Of a stretch of DNA of 64,000 nt, positions 52,201 through 58,700 are shown piece by piece. The notes beneath the pieces are model-generated. The model worked only from the letters and a program-made list of their open reading frames with translations. It was not told where the DNA came from and made no database searches. The position numbers and the translations under genes are program-made. Origin of the DNA: Candidatus Poribacteria bacterium (GTDB taxonomy: Bacteria; Poribacteria; WGA-4E; WGA-3G). The stretch lies in the NCBI GenBank assembly GCA_965261435.1, contig CBDHDL010000008.1, positions 1,207,987-1,271,986 on the forward strand. Direction: 5' to 3'. Numbering within the stretch: the first letter of the stretch is position 1; every line of letters begins with the position of its first letter.

Positions 52201-55018
52201 CATCCACGTCTGTGACATTGATTGTTACGTTGATCTTATCAGTGAGGTTGCCATCAGTCACGGTGATAGTCACAAAATAGGAGGATTTGCTTTCGTAGTC
52301 TAATGCTGCACTTGTTTTCAACTGCCCAGAGTCGGTATCAATTGCGAACGCGCTTGCATTTGTGCCACCAAGACCATAAGTAAGGTTATCGTTATCCGCA
52401 TCCGTTGCAGCAACAGGTTGACCGATATTTTTTCCTGCTTCTGTATTCTCTGCGACTTCGCGTGTCGTGCTCTCTCCATCCGTGAACATTGGGGTGCGAT
52501 TTTCGTCTACATCTATCACATTTAATGTCACGTTAATTGTATCAGTAAGTGTGCCATCAGAAACCGTTATCATCACAGAGTAGGATTTCTCTGTTTCATA
52601 ATCCAACGCTGCTTTTGTTATTAATTGTCCTGTTTTGCTATTAATGTCAAATGAAGTTGCATCTGTACCGCTCAATGTAAACGTAAGTGTATCGTTATTT
52701 TCGTCAGTTGCTCCTATAGCTTCACCGATATTTTCTCCGGCAGGAGTGTTCTCTAAAATGTTGAACGTTTTACTTGCACCATCAGAGAAAACCGGAGCTG
52801 AGTTGAGTGCTTTAACAATTTCAAGCGGGACAGTGCCAGTTATGGAAAGAGCATAGCCAGTATGTGTTGCGGGTAACGTAGGAAACACACCAAATTCTAC
52901 GGTGACCGCAGCTTTTGTTCCATCGGGACGGGTAACCGTAGCAGCTTGGCTCTTAACATGACCTTGTGGAATTGAAAGAGTGATTGTGTTTTTGACAACG
53001 TTCCCAACCTTAACGGAAACAGGTAAGACGATATCAGAAGGTGCACCAGTTGGTATCATCGCTCTGATCTGATTGGTCCCAACTCTTTCAAGTGATACCA
53101 ATATAGGGAAAGGATCAACTGTGTTTCCACCCAATTTGAGTGTTGTCAACGTTGTAAATCCTTCAAATATACCATCAGGGAGACTACTGAGTTTATTATT
53201 ACTTAGATCAAGTATTGTAAGTGAAAGAATGCCTTTGAAATCATCACGACTTAGCGCAGCAATCCCCTTGTTGCTTAAGTCAAGGTTGGTAATCAATGCA
53301 AGTTGGACTTCGCTGACATCACTGCAATTGACTACACCCGGCACAGCAGCAGCAATTGCTTCGGTGACTTCCGTTGTCCTATTACACACAGCGGATTTAG
53401 AAAGCGTATATCCGAAATGGTTAACAGGCGATTTCGGTAAATTGCCAATACTCACGTTTACGTCGTTCATCACTGTGAAAGAGGCACTATTGACGTTTCC
53501 TGTTGATATGGTCACCATCGTTGTACTACCAGCACTTTTAATCGGCAAGACAATATCAAAAGGTGCACCGGTAGGTATTACTGCTTGATATTGATTTGAC
53601 GAAATCTGCTGAAGTGAAACGATAATTGGAATTGGATCGACAGAATTACCCCCTAACCGTATTGAGGTAAGTGAGGTAAGTCCTTCAAATATACCATCGG
53701 GCAATCTGCTTAGCATATTTCCGTATAAGTTCAAACTGGCAAGTGCGGTCAGACCGAAGAAATCACCAGATTTCAGTTCGGTTATACCAGCAGAACGAAG
53801 ATTAAGATTTGTTATGGCAGCAAGGTTTGCCTCCGTTACATTGGCTGCCGAGGAAACATTCGGAACTGCGTTAACAATTGCATCACGCACTTGCGGTGTA
53901 CGTTCGCTCACAGGAAGTGATACTGAGACCAAATCAGTATCTGCAACATCAATGACACTGATGATGACTGAGATGGTATCGGTCAAGGTACCATCGGATG
54001 CAGTGATCTTCACTGCATATAAACGTTTGGCTTCATAATCCAATGCTGCTTTTGTCTTTAACTGTCCTGTTGCGCTATCAATACTAAATGATGCTGCATC
54101 TTTGCCACGAAGTGTATAGGTTAATATGTCGTCATTTGCATCATTTGCGGCAATTGCTGTCCCGATATTCGTCCCTGCTGTTGTATTCTCAGTGATGAAA
54201 CGGATCGTCATTGACCCATCGTTAAAAGTCGGTGCTTTGTTTTCCGGTACATCTGGTGCTGTCGTAGTTTCTTGTGCTGTCGTAGTTTCTGGTTCAGATC
54301 GGGTATCAGCGGTATCGTCAGGCGTTTCACTAATACTATTGATCACTTCAATCGGCAGCGCGTCCGATTTAGAAAGAATATAACCGTAGTGTTTTTTTGG
54401 CAAACTCGGTAAAGATCCGATATTTACAGAGACGGCATCAGTTGTTCCTATAGTGCGAGTGATCGTTAATAGGTTACTATCTATGCTGCCTTGTGCCACT
54501 GTCAAAGTCGTTGCATCTCCAGATATAATGGCGTTTATCGGATTGATTGGCAAAACAAGATCAAACGGTGCGCCAGTCGGTATGACCGCTTTCAACTGAT
54601 TGCTGCCTACTTTTTCAAGCGAAACAGTAATTGGCAACGGATTAACTGTGTTCCGACCTAACCTTAACGTTGTCAATGCAGTCAAACCTGAAAATATACC
54701 ATCAGGAAGGCTGCTCAGTTGGTTTCCATACAGATTGAGATTTGTCAATCCTGTCATACCAGAAAAATCACCTGCTTTGAGTGATGTAATACCTTTAGTT
54801 CGCAAGTTCAGGCTCGTAATTTTTGCAAGATGTTCTTCAGTTATATCGCTTGCATCGTCTACACCTGCGACAGTGGCGACAATTGCATCACGCACTTCTG
54901 CTGTACGTTTATTCACAAGTGTAACATCTGCGAAACTTACCATATTGGAGATAAAACATAATTTCAAAACAAAATAAATAAACAAAATGTACTTTCTATT
55001 AGCGTAATTCATGCACAA
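37283..55018 (-). CDS. Giant secreted LRR-cadherin protein A (5911 aa, intact; start probably ATG 55012); ~31 cadherin domains, six internal LRR-Ig modules, two 22-aa LRR blocks, CTD
   Basis: Single 17.7-kb ORF. AGGAGG at ~55022-55027 (minus). Cadherin motifs AEN / DxDxD / LDYE / DVDENxxPxF; C-terminal NYPNPFNPETWIPYQL...RKMVILK. Confidence 0.93.
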   Translation of the reverse strand: MCMNYANRKYILFIYFVLKLCFISNMVSFADVTLVNKRTAEVRDAIVATVAGVDDASDITEEHLAKITSLNLRTKGITSLKAGDFSGMTGLTNLNLYGNQLSSLPDGIFSGLTALTTLRLGRNTVNPLPITVSLEKVGSNQLKAVIPTGAPFDLVLPINPINAIISGDATTLTVAQGSIDSNLLTITRTIGTTDAVSVNIGSLPSLPKKHYGYILSKSDALPIEVINSISETPDDTADTRSEPETTTAQETTTAPDVPENKAPTFNDGSMTIRFITENTTAGTNIGTAIAANDANDDILTYTLRGKDAASFSIDSATGQLKTKAALDYEAKRLYAVKITASDGTLTDTISVIISVIDVADTDLVSVSLPVSERTPQVRDAIVNAVPNVSSAANVTEANLAAITNLNLRSAGITELKSGDFFGLTALASLNLYGNMLSRLPDGIFEGLTSLTSIRLGGNSVDPIPIIVSLQQISSNQYQAVIPTGAPFDIVLPIKSAGSTTMVTISTGNVNSASFTVMNDVNVSIGNLPKSPVNHFGYTLSKSAVCNRTTEVTEAIAAAVPGVVNCSDVSEVQLALITNLDLSNKGIAALSRDDFKGILSLTILDLSNNKLSSLPDGIFEGFTTLTTLKLGGNTVDPFPILVSLERVGTNQIRAMIPTGAPSDIVLPVSVKVGNVVKNTITLSIPQGHVKSQAATVTRPDGTKAAVTVEFGVFPTLPATHTGYALSITGTVPLEIVKALNSAPVFSDGASKTFNILENTPAGENIGEAIGATDENNDTLTFTLSGTDATSFDINSKTGQLITKAALDYETEKSYSVMITVSDGTLTDTINVTLNVIDVDENRTPMFTDGESTTREVAENTEAGKNIGQPVAATDADNDNLTYGLGGTNASAFAIDTDSGQLKTSAALDYESKSSYFVTITVTDGNLTDKINVTINVTDVDEKPAADGTVTTREPDDATTNNAPEFTDGNSTTRSVDENTGTGVDIGEAVSATDADEDILTYTLGGTDSSSFSINSTTGQLHTDAPLDYETKSSYSVTITVADGNGGSDKISVTVNVIDVYEDPANNLPVFKDGDSTTREVAENTGTGIDIGDAVSAIDQDADRLTYSLRGTDASSFGIDSTSGQLRTEVSLDYETKPSYSVTITVSDGNGGSDSISVTINVTDVEENLATKSEENNAPEFIDGNNTTRSITENSAANTNIGTPVSATDSDKNQTLTYTLGGTDAELFSINSTNGQLQTNAPLDFETKSSYSVTITVSDGHSGSDSISVTINVIDVNENPTNNPPVFTEGDSTTRSVYENTGSGLDIGDAVSATDLDEHDLTYSLSGTDASSFGIDSTSGQLRTEVSLDYEAKSSYSVTITVSDGNGGSDSISVTIIVIDVFEDPVNNPPVFTEGDSTTREVAEDTGTGIDIGDAVSAIDEDADTLTYSLGGTDASSFGIDSTSGQLRTEVSLDYDAKSSYSVTITVLDGNGGSDSISVTINIIDVEENLATRSDENSAPVFIDGNSTTRSIAENAAANTSIGTPVSATDVDKDQTLTYTLGGTDAESFSINSTNGQLQTKAPLDFETKSTYSVTITVSDGNDGSDSISVTIYVTEVNENPANNPPMFTEGESTTRSVVENTSSGLDIGDAVSATDLDEDDLTYLLSGTDASSFGIDSTSGQLRTNAPLDYETKPTYSVIITVSDGNGGNDSITVTINVTNVNEIRSNSAPVFTEGNSTTRSVDENTSTGVNIGDSVSATDLDDDALTYTLGGTDAASFSIETSSGQLKTSTALNYELKPSYSVTVTVSDGTDTDIISVTINVANINEAPTFSDGESTTRSIAENVAANINIGSAVSATDPEEEVLTYILGGTDAASFSIDSTTGQLKTKATLDYESKNTFSVNITVSDGTLSDTITVTINVTDLDEAPSNIAPEFTEGESTTREVDENTAADADIGDPITATDEDNNTLAFLLSGTDGASFAIDSTTGQLKTSAALDHETKDAYEVTVTVSDGSDTDTISVTINVTDVNEAPVIASDAEKTLSVAENTASNVNIGSTLSATDQDDGDTLTYTLGGTDAASFDIDSTSGQLKTKAALDYEGKKSYSVTITVSDGTLTDTIDITINVTDVDENRDPEFTDGASTTREVAENTGTGVDIGDAVSATDLDNDELTYTLGGTDMALFSINSTTGQLRTKAALNHEEKSSYSVIITVSDGNNGTDSITVTINVTDVLESTPIGSRTQQVQDAILDAIDGVDDAADVTDTHLAAMTALDLSDVSITALTANDFDGFTALKNINLDGNSLSNLPAAVFSGLTTLTSLTISNNSLTNLPADVFDGLTSLTTLLLSGNSTDPLLLTVSLEKVAEGQFKAKVHTGAPFEIALPVSVTHGSISGSATTITIPKGSVESTTTLTVTRTAGTKAAVTVDIGTPLPTRPNSHSGYQLVKASTGLPLEVIPAVNALPEFTEGASTTREVVENTAAGWDIGDPVAATDDDSSDTLTYTLSGADAASFSIVSTTGQLQSKAALDYESKPTYTVSITVSDEKGGTDTITVTINVKDLSGNENTAPEFTDGDTTTREVAENTGTGTNIGDPVGATDINNDTLTYTLGGTDADSFGIVSTSGQLQTKDALDYEGKKVYTVIITVSDDNDGEDTITVTINVTDLDDNRPPVFTDGASTTREVAEDTGTGVDIGDAVSATDLDNDELTYRLSGTDAASFSINSTTGQIRTKAPLDYEGKKSYSVTITVSDGNEGEDTISVTINVTDVDENNVPEFTDGASTTREVAENTGTGVDIGDAVSATDLDNDELTYTLGGTDMASFSINSTTGQLRTKAALDYETKKSYSVSITVSDGKSGTDSITITINVTDVFESTPIGDRTQQVQDAILDAIEGVNDAADVTDAHLAAMTTLDLSDVSITALTANDFDGFTALTNINLDGNSLSNLPAAVFSGLTTLTSLTISNNSLTNLPADVFDGLTSLATLLLSGNSTDPLLLTVSLEKVAEGQFKAKVHTGAPFEMAIPVSATNGSISGDATTITIPKGSVESTTTLTVTRTAGTKAAVTVDIGTPLPTRPNSHSGYQLVKASTGLPLEVIPAVNALPEFTEGASTTREVVENTAAGWDIGDPVAATDDDSSDTLTYTLSGADAASFSIVSTTGQLQSKAALDYESKPTYTVSITVSDEKGGTDTITVTINVKDLSGNENTAPEFTDGDTTTREVAENTGTGTNIGDPVGATDINNDTLTYTLGGTDADSFGIVSTSGQLQTKDALDYEGKKVYTVIITVSDDNDGEDTITVTINVTDLDDNRPPVFTDGASTTREVAEDTGTGVDIGDAVSATDLDNDELTYRLSGTDAASFSINSTTGQIRTKAPLDYEGKKSYSVTITVSDGNEGEDTISVTINVTDVDENNVPEFTDGASTTREVAENTGTGVDIGDAVSATDLDNDELTYTLGGTDMASFSINSTTGQLRTKAALDYETKKSYSVSITVSDGKSGTDSITITINVTDVFESTPIGDRTQQVQDAILDAIEGVNDAADVTDAHLAAMTELDLSDKSITSLTANDFDGFTALTNINLADNSLASLPAAVFSGLTTLTSLTISNNSLTSLPAAVFDGLTSLTTLLLSGNSTDPLLLTVSLEKVAEGQFKAKVHTGAPFAMAIPVSATNGSISGGATAITIPKGSVESTTTLTVTRTSGTTAAVTVDMGTPLPTRPSSHSGYQLAKAITGLPLEVIPADNALPVFTEGESTTREVDENTAANTNIGTPVNATDTDTNDTLTYTLGGTDRASFSIVSTTGQLQTKAALDYESKKSYSVSITVSDGNSGTDSITVTINVTDVFESTPIGSRTQQVQDAILAAIDGVADAADVTDAHLAEMTALDLTEASITSLTANDFDGFTALTNIDLDGNSLASLPADVFSGLTTLTRLTFGKNSLANIPADVFSGLTNLTRLSLEDNLLTSLPDEVFVGLTSLTHLHLDNNSTNPLLLTVSLEKVAEGQFKAKVHTGAPFAMAIPVSATNGSISGGATTITIPQGSVESTTTLTVTRTAGTRAAVTVDIGTPLPSRPSAHSGYQLAKASTGLPLEVIASDNALPEFTEGASTTREVAENTGTGVDIGDAVSATDLDNDELTYTLGDTDRASFSINSTTGQLRTKAELDYESKKSYSVTITVSDGNSGTDSITITINVTDVFESTPIASRTQQVQDAILDAIEGVEDAADVTDAHLAEMTALDLSDKSITGLTANDFDGFTALTNINLDGNSLASLPAAVFSGLTTLTNLTISNNSLTNLPAAVFDGLTSLTTLLLSGNSTDPLLLTVSLEKVAEGQFKAKVHTGAPFEMAIPVSATNGSISGGATTITIPKGSVESTTTLTVTRTAGTTAAVTVDIGTPLPTRPTSHSGYQLAKASTGLPLEVIPADNALPEFTEGASTTREVAENTAASTNIGTPISATDDDSGDTLTYTLGGTDHASFSFVSTTGQLRTKAELDYESKKSYSVTITVSDGNSGTDSITVTINVTDVFESTPIGSRTQQVQDAILDAIEGVEDAADVTDAHLAAMTALDLSDKSITGLTANDFDGFTALTNIDLDGNSLSSLPAAVFSGLTTLTSLTISNNSLTSLPAAVFDGLTSLTTLLLSGNSTDPLLLTVSLEKVAEGQFKAKVHTGAPFAMAIPVSATNGSISGNATTITIPKGSVESTTTLTVTRTTGTTAAVTVDIGTPLPTRPSSHSGYQLAKASTGLPLEVIASDNALPVFTEGESTTREVVENTAANTNIGTPVSATDDDKGDTLTYTLSGTDADSFSIVSTTGQLQTKAELIYDEKTSYTVIITVSDGNNGEDTITVTINVTEEIATITPVNERTLPIAKALMFAVGVTTLEAVTEELLARITTLDVDQLPENETPLTTMKEGDFDGLTALTKLDLEENFFTDITPIEDLTTLQELILLNNNVSDLTPLRNMTSLTNLHLKNNNVSDISPLENLTAMKDLNLDLNSVSDISPLENMTSMINLYMHSNAISDISPLENMTGLKKLYMRNNNISDISPLENMTALQILSMSNNLVRDVSAVENMTALKTLTVGGNPISDYGPLRTLKENNPTVSIDIDIDNNPPVFADGDSTTRSIAENTPANTNIGTPVNATDDDGDTLTYTLGGTDADSFSIVSTSGQLQTKAVLNHEGKGSYTVTVSVSDGNDGLDLITVTINVTNVAETENNNPTFTEGESTTREVAENTAANTNIGTPVSATDADGDSLTYTLGGTDAASFSIVSTTGQLQTKAALDYDEKTSYSIIITVAESNGGTDTINVTINVTEVVENTMVSVNNAPTFTEGDSATRSIEEHTPANTNIGTPVNATDADTDDTLTYTLSGTDVDSFGIVSTTGQLQTKAALNYDTKTTYTVTITVSDGNTGTDTITVTINVTDATEVPVSDRTQAIREAIVAAISDVNSADDVTYEHLATITRLNLISESITSLQAGDFHGLTALTWLNLANNRISDISALGGLTALTTLDLSNNNNISDISALEGLTALTTLNLRKNSLSDISALDGLTALTNLTVSENSLSDISALDGLTALTSLDLRKNSISDISALDGLTALTSLNLRENSLSDISDLDGLTALTNLDLLKNSISDISALEDLTALTTLDLGQNSIVDISALEDLTQLTTLYLYLNRIVDISALENLTQLTKLNVFGNSITDISALSEFTSLTSLTLSENPLSDYTQIFPIVINNPDIEINLFLTNRSPVFTAGEDTTVEVAENTATNTNFGQAIGARDSDAPPNGQPPLTYYIRGTDADSFGVRIYTGTLYTVAALDFDTKSTYEVILFVLDDLGAYDKIDVTINVTQVASSPPSAQPSPDITALLSNYPNPFNPETWIPYQLAKPSDVSITIYDIRGNVVRHLDLGHQKTGFYTSRRHAAHWDGKNQLGEKVAAGVYFYQLQAVTTSPLRKMVILK
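44461..48280 (-). repeat. Near-perfect 1908-bp tandem duplication in gene A (4 cadherins + 1 LRR-Ig module = 636 aa)
   Basis: Identical antisense ORFs at 44534/46442, 45009/46917 and 45366/47274, all offset by exactly 1908 nt. Confidence 0.9.
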
Positions 55019-55161
55019 TGTCCTCCTATATTTTCAACTAATCAAATCTTCCTCTGTCTTTTCTTGTTATGGCTTTTAAGCTTTAAATAACTCAAATAAT
55101 CCATTATAAATCAATTATTATGTTATATATTAAAGTTATAATCAATATGTGTATATATGGA

Positions 55162-55190
55162 ATTATAATTTCTTAGCATATATTTGTCAA
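55162..55190 (-). promoter_or_regulatory. Consensus sigma70 promoter upstream of the giant-gene array
   Basis: The minus strand reads TTGACA (55190-55185), a 17-nt spacer, then TATAAT (55167-55162), in a very AT-rich region ~150 nt upstream of gene A. Confidence 0.8.
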
Positions 55191-55297
55191 ATTAAATATT
55201 GCTAATTCTTGACTCAATTATGTGTAGAGAAGCAAAATTATGCGGTTATTTAGTTTTAAGAATTATCAGTTGATGTGTGTTACTGATAGTTTATTTC

Positions 55298-55633
55298 GTA
55301 GGTCGGGTAGAGCGAAGCGAAACATATAAGTGTAAACTTAAAAAGACTTAGAAGCTCTTATGAATCACTCCGAGTCCTTATGGTTATAGGGGTTGTCTTC
55401 TCTTCAGTCCCGCCAAATCATGCAGAATACCACACGCGTATTCTGCCAAGCGCATTTGGCGTTGATGTTGGTAGGGACGATATGTTTATAGAAAAATGTG
55501 TACCCCGCCACTCTTCATACGGGACTAAAGAGGGTTTCTGGCATCGAATATTTCTTAAGTCTACACCCGACGAATGCCATACGTGCATTCACATCGTTGA
55601 TTTATAGGTAGAGCGAAGCGAAACCCGACCTAC
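55298..55633. repeat. GTAG REP palindrome (GTAGGTCGGG...CCCGACCTAC) split by a ~280-bp insert, with an 18-bp direct repeat
   Basis: GGTAGAGCGAAGCGAAAC occurs at 55306-55323 and 55607-55624. Outer arms at 55298-55307 and 55624-55633 are perfect reverse complements. Confidence 0.7.
55330..55566. mobile_element. Putative MITE with 12-bp TIRs nested inside the REP
   Basis: GTGTAAACTTAA (55330-55341) pairs with TTAAGTCTACAC (55555-55566), one mismatch. Internal stems CTCTTCAGTCCCG/CGGGACTAAAGAG, CGCCAAAT/ATTTGGCG, GCAGAATAC/GTATTCTGC. Confidence 0.5.
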
Positions 55634-55708
55634 ACAAGGTGTTCATATATGAGAAAATAATCGCCAAAAAACTGAAAACTAAATAGTCCTACCAAGATGA
55701 TCAATATC

Positions 55709-55737
55709 TTGAAATAATTAAGGAATTTTGATACTAT
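55709..55737 (+). promoter_or_regulatory. Sigma70-like promoter with extended -10 for the 1135-aa gene
   Basis: TTGAAA (55709-55714), 17 nt, TACTAT (55732-55737) preceded by TGn; GAGGT RBS before the ATG at 55773. Confidence 0.6.
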
Positions 55738-55772
55738 GTATTACCTAAATTTCGCTGAGGTATAACATCATA

Positions 55773-58700
55773 ATGCTCTCACTAAAAGAAATAATTCAAA
55801 GATGCCACCAACGACATAATAGACAGTTTCGGCAGCGCAAAACAGTCTTAACACCTGCAATCTACAAAGGGCTGCTATACCATTTCACTGTGTATTGTGC
55901 ACACAGAAGTCCTATAAGGTTATACGATTTGGAGCAGGCAGAGATATCCTTTATGCCAACAGGTTATGCTGCAGAACATGACCGTATTCCACAATCTTTC
56001 GCGGGTGAAAGATTCTTGAAACGTCAAAAAATAGAAGACTGGAGTATTGCACAAATTGAAACTTCTTGGGGAATCCAGGTGTATACTGGCATTCCTTCAC
56101 AACGCGACGGTGCCCCATGGCACGACTTAGAATTTACCTATCATGCGATCTGTAACGCGCCAGAGGCTGTAATTGCTTGTATTGAAACACTCGTTAGCCT
56201 AGTTTCAAACCCATTATTGACAATCACCAAGTCCGGTGGATTACGTTTTTCCTGCAGAGTGCCGAATTATCTCCATCCAAATTCTGATATAGAAAGGTAT
56301 TATATATACAAGGACGTTGAAATGCCTGATAATCATTTACAACGAAACTTATTTCTTGAAATCATTGGAGAAAAGGGACACAGTCCGTGGGATGCACGCT
56401 TTGAGATTCTAATGGGGAACCTGTTAGATCCGCCAATCATTGTGAAAGAGGTCCTTATTGCAGCTATTGATGAACTCCGGGAACTACTTCACGGACCTCA
56501 ACTGATACCAACAGACAAACTTCAACCAACATCCGAAGTGACCACTGTTTCACTGCCATCACTCGGTTCTTATAAATTGGATCTTGCAAAAGAAGCATTT
56601 TTAAAGCGCGGATTTTCTTATCTCCGACAAGAAAATGACCTGCACTATTGGATACAGCACGGTGAAGAAAACAATAACACAGAAACGATTCTATTTGAAA
56701 ACGACAACACTATATGGATACGCGCAACAAACAACAATTCTGGTTTACCCCTGGAGAACACATCCATTACTGCAATATGGGATGATACTGGTATCCTCCC
56801 ACCGATACACGATACCGGAATACAAGTATCTGATCAGTTGCTAGCTGTCCGCGAAGGAAAGCTTAGTCCATTAGCAATAAAACGCCCCGAGGCAGTGTTG
56901 CAGAAACCAGAAAAGATTAATAAAGATTATGAGACACCTGCCGACAATATTGAGTGGATACAACATATTATTCACGACGAAAACCGTATTATAGCACCCA
57001 TCAATGCTGATATAGGTGGAGGGAATAATTATGCGATAGAAACGCAACTTCTCAAACAAGGAAAAGTCAGTTTGAGTGCTCATAGACCGATCGTAAATGG
57101 AGTATTAAAAAATATTGAGAGACATGACCCTACATCGGTCATAATCTGGCGACGACATAATCACTTGTGGGATAAGGTGAAAGATATCCCCACTGATGTC
57201 CGCATGGCAAATCCTTTTCAACATGGAAATATGTGTGAGGATGCTGAACGGTGCATGTCTTTAATTAGTAAAGGTGTTGACCCCAGTGAAACGATATGTC
57301 CGCAGTGTCCGGTTTATAAAGAATGCCAGGAGCGTGGTTATCTATCGCAATCCGTAACACTTCAACGTGCAAAAACGCAGCTAATACCGCATTCAAAGAT
57401 GTTTTTGCACCCAGGTTTATCAACATTTGTTGAACATATTCTCATACCAGGGACCGATTCAGAACGTCTTTGCATTATTGATGACGTGAGAGCGGACGAG
57501 CTATTTATAGATTGTTATATAGATAAAAATACATTAGAGAGATGGAATAAAGATTGGGATGGTCATGTGTTAGGTAGTTTCGCACAAGCTTTGCTCAACA
57601 CATTAGAAGTTGACAGTGGACCTGAAGACTTGCTTGTAAAACGGATACGGACAATAATGCAAGCTTTTCAACACCACGAAGTTGAAATCATTAAACAGAT
57701 GTGTGAAGTTAGTATCAATTGCAGAATCGTGCCGGAAAAAACAATTGATAACGAAACTGATATTGAATTATCTCACTATACAATCCTATTCGATAAAAGT
57801 GTTTCTGCTTATATCCCGATTGACCGCATCGCCGCAGATAGGCTCACAGCGAAAGGACTACCGGTTCTTCAACTTGAAACATTTATGCCTAACAAGGAAA
57901 CGAAAATTCGCATGCCAATTGAACAAGCGATCCAACTTAGCATCTTTGACATATCTACAACCGAAAAAATAAATTTATTACCGTTAACCTATCCAAATGC
58001 TGATTGGACCTTCTGGCATGAACTCAAAAGCTTTCTTTTACATTATACTCGCGATGCAGACGCACCGATATTATGGTATGACAATTTCCTTAAATTCTGG
58101 GTGCCGCCGGTGATGCATCCGAATGTGAAGAAGCTTTTATATATGTCCACAACAATGTCCGAGCAAGATCTACTTAGAACATTTCCAGATGAAAAGATTA
58201 AAGTGATGCATACTAAGTATGCACCTTGGGTAGAGGGAAACCAAGTCTTCCAAATACGCACAGGTATTTATTCACTCAAAACAATATTAGACTACGACAG
58301 CACATGGGATGTCATCGGGTTGTCTAAAATTGGTAAACGTATTGTCCAAGGTATCTGTGCGGAAATTCAGAGAGACACGAACATTAAACATGCCATCATA
58401 ACATACGATCGAATCATAATGCAGCTGGGAGACTTAAAAGAAAAAGGGAACGTCTGTTTACAAACAGACTTTGAATACCTACGCAATTTTGAGGAAGAGT
58501 TTGAAGCAGCCCAAGTCTTATGGATAATTGGAACACCATTTTGGCAACCCGGTGTAATGTGGAGGCGCGCACAAATACTTTATGGAAATGACGAAAAACC
58601 GCTTTGCTATGAGTCTGATACCAAATTCCAACACTACAAGGATCCTCGTGTTCAGCGTATTCATATACAGGCAGTTACTGGTATGATCACAGAGATAATT

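Noticed and set aside
2770-55018. Dozens of plus-strand and alternate-frame ORFs (60-360 aa) overlapping the giant genes
   Set aside because: These are shadow ORFs produced by repetitive Thr/Asp/Ser-rich coding. They repeat with the cadherin/LRR period and show no domain signatures.
55380-55607. 75-aa ORF in the intergenic region
   Set aside because: It lies wholly within nested palindromic repeats and has no clear RBS or recognisable motif.
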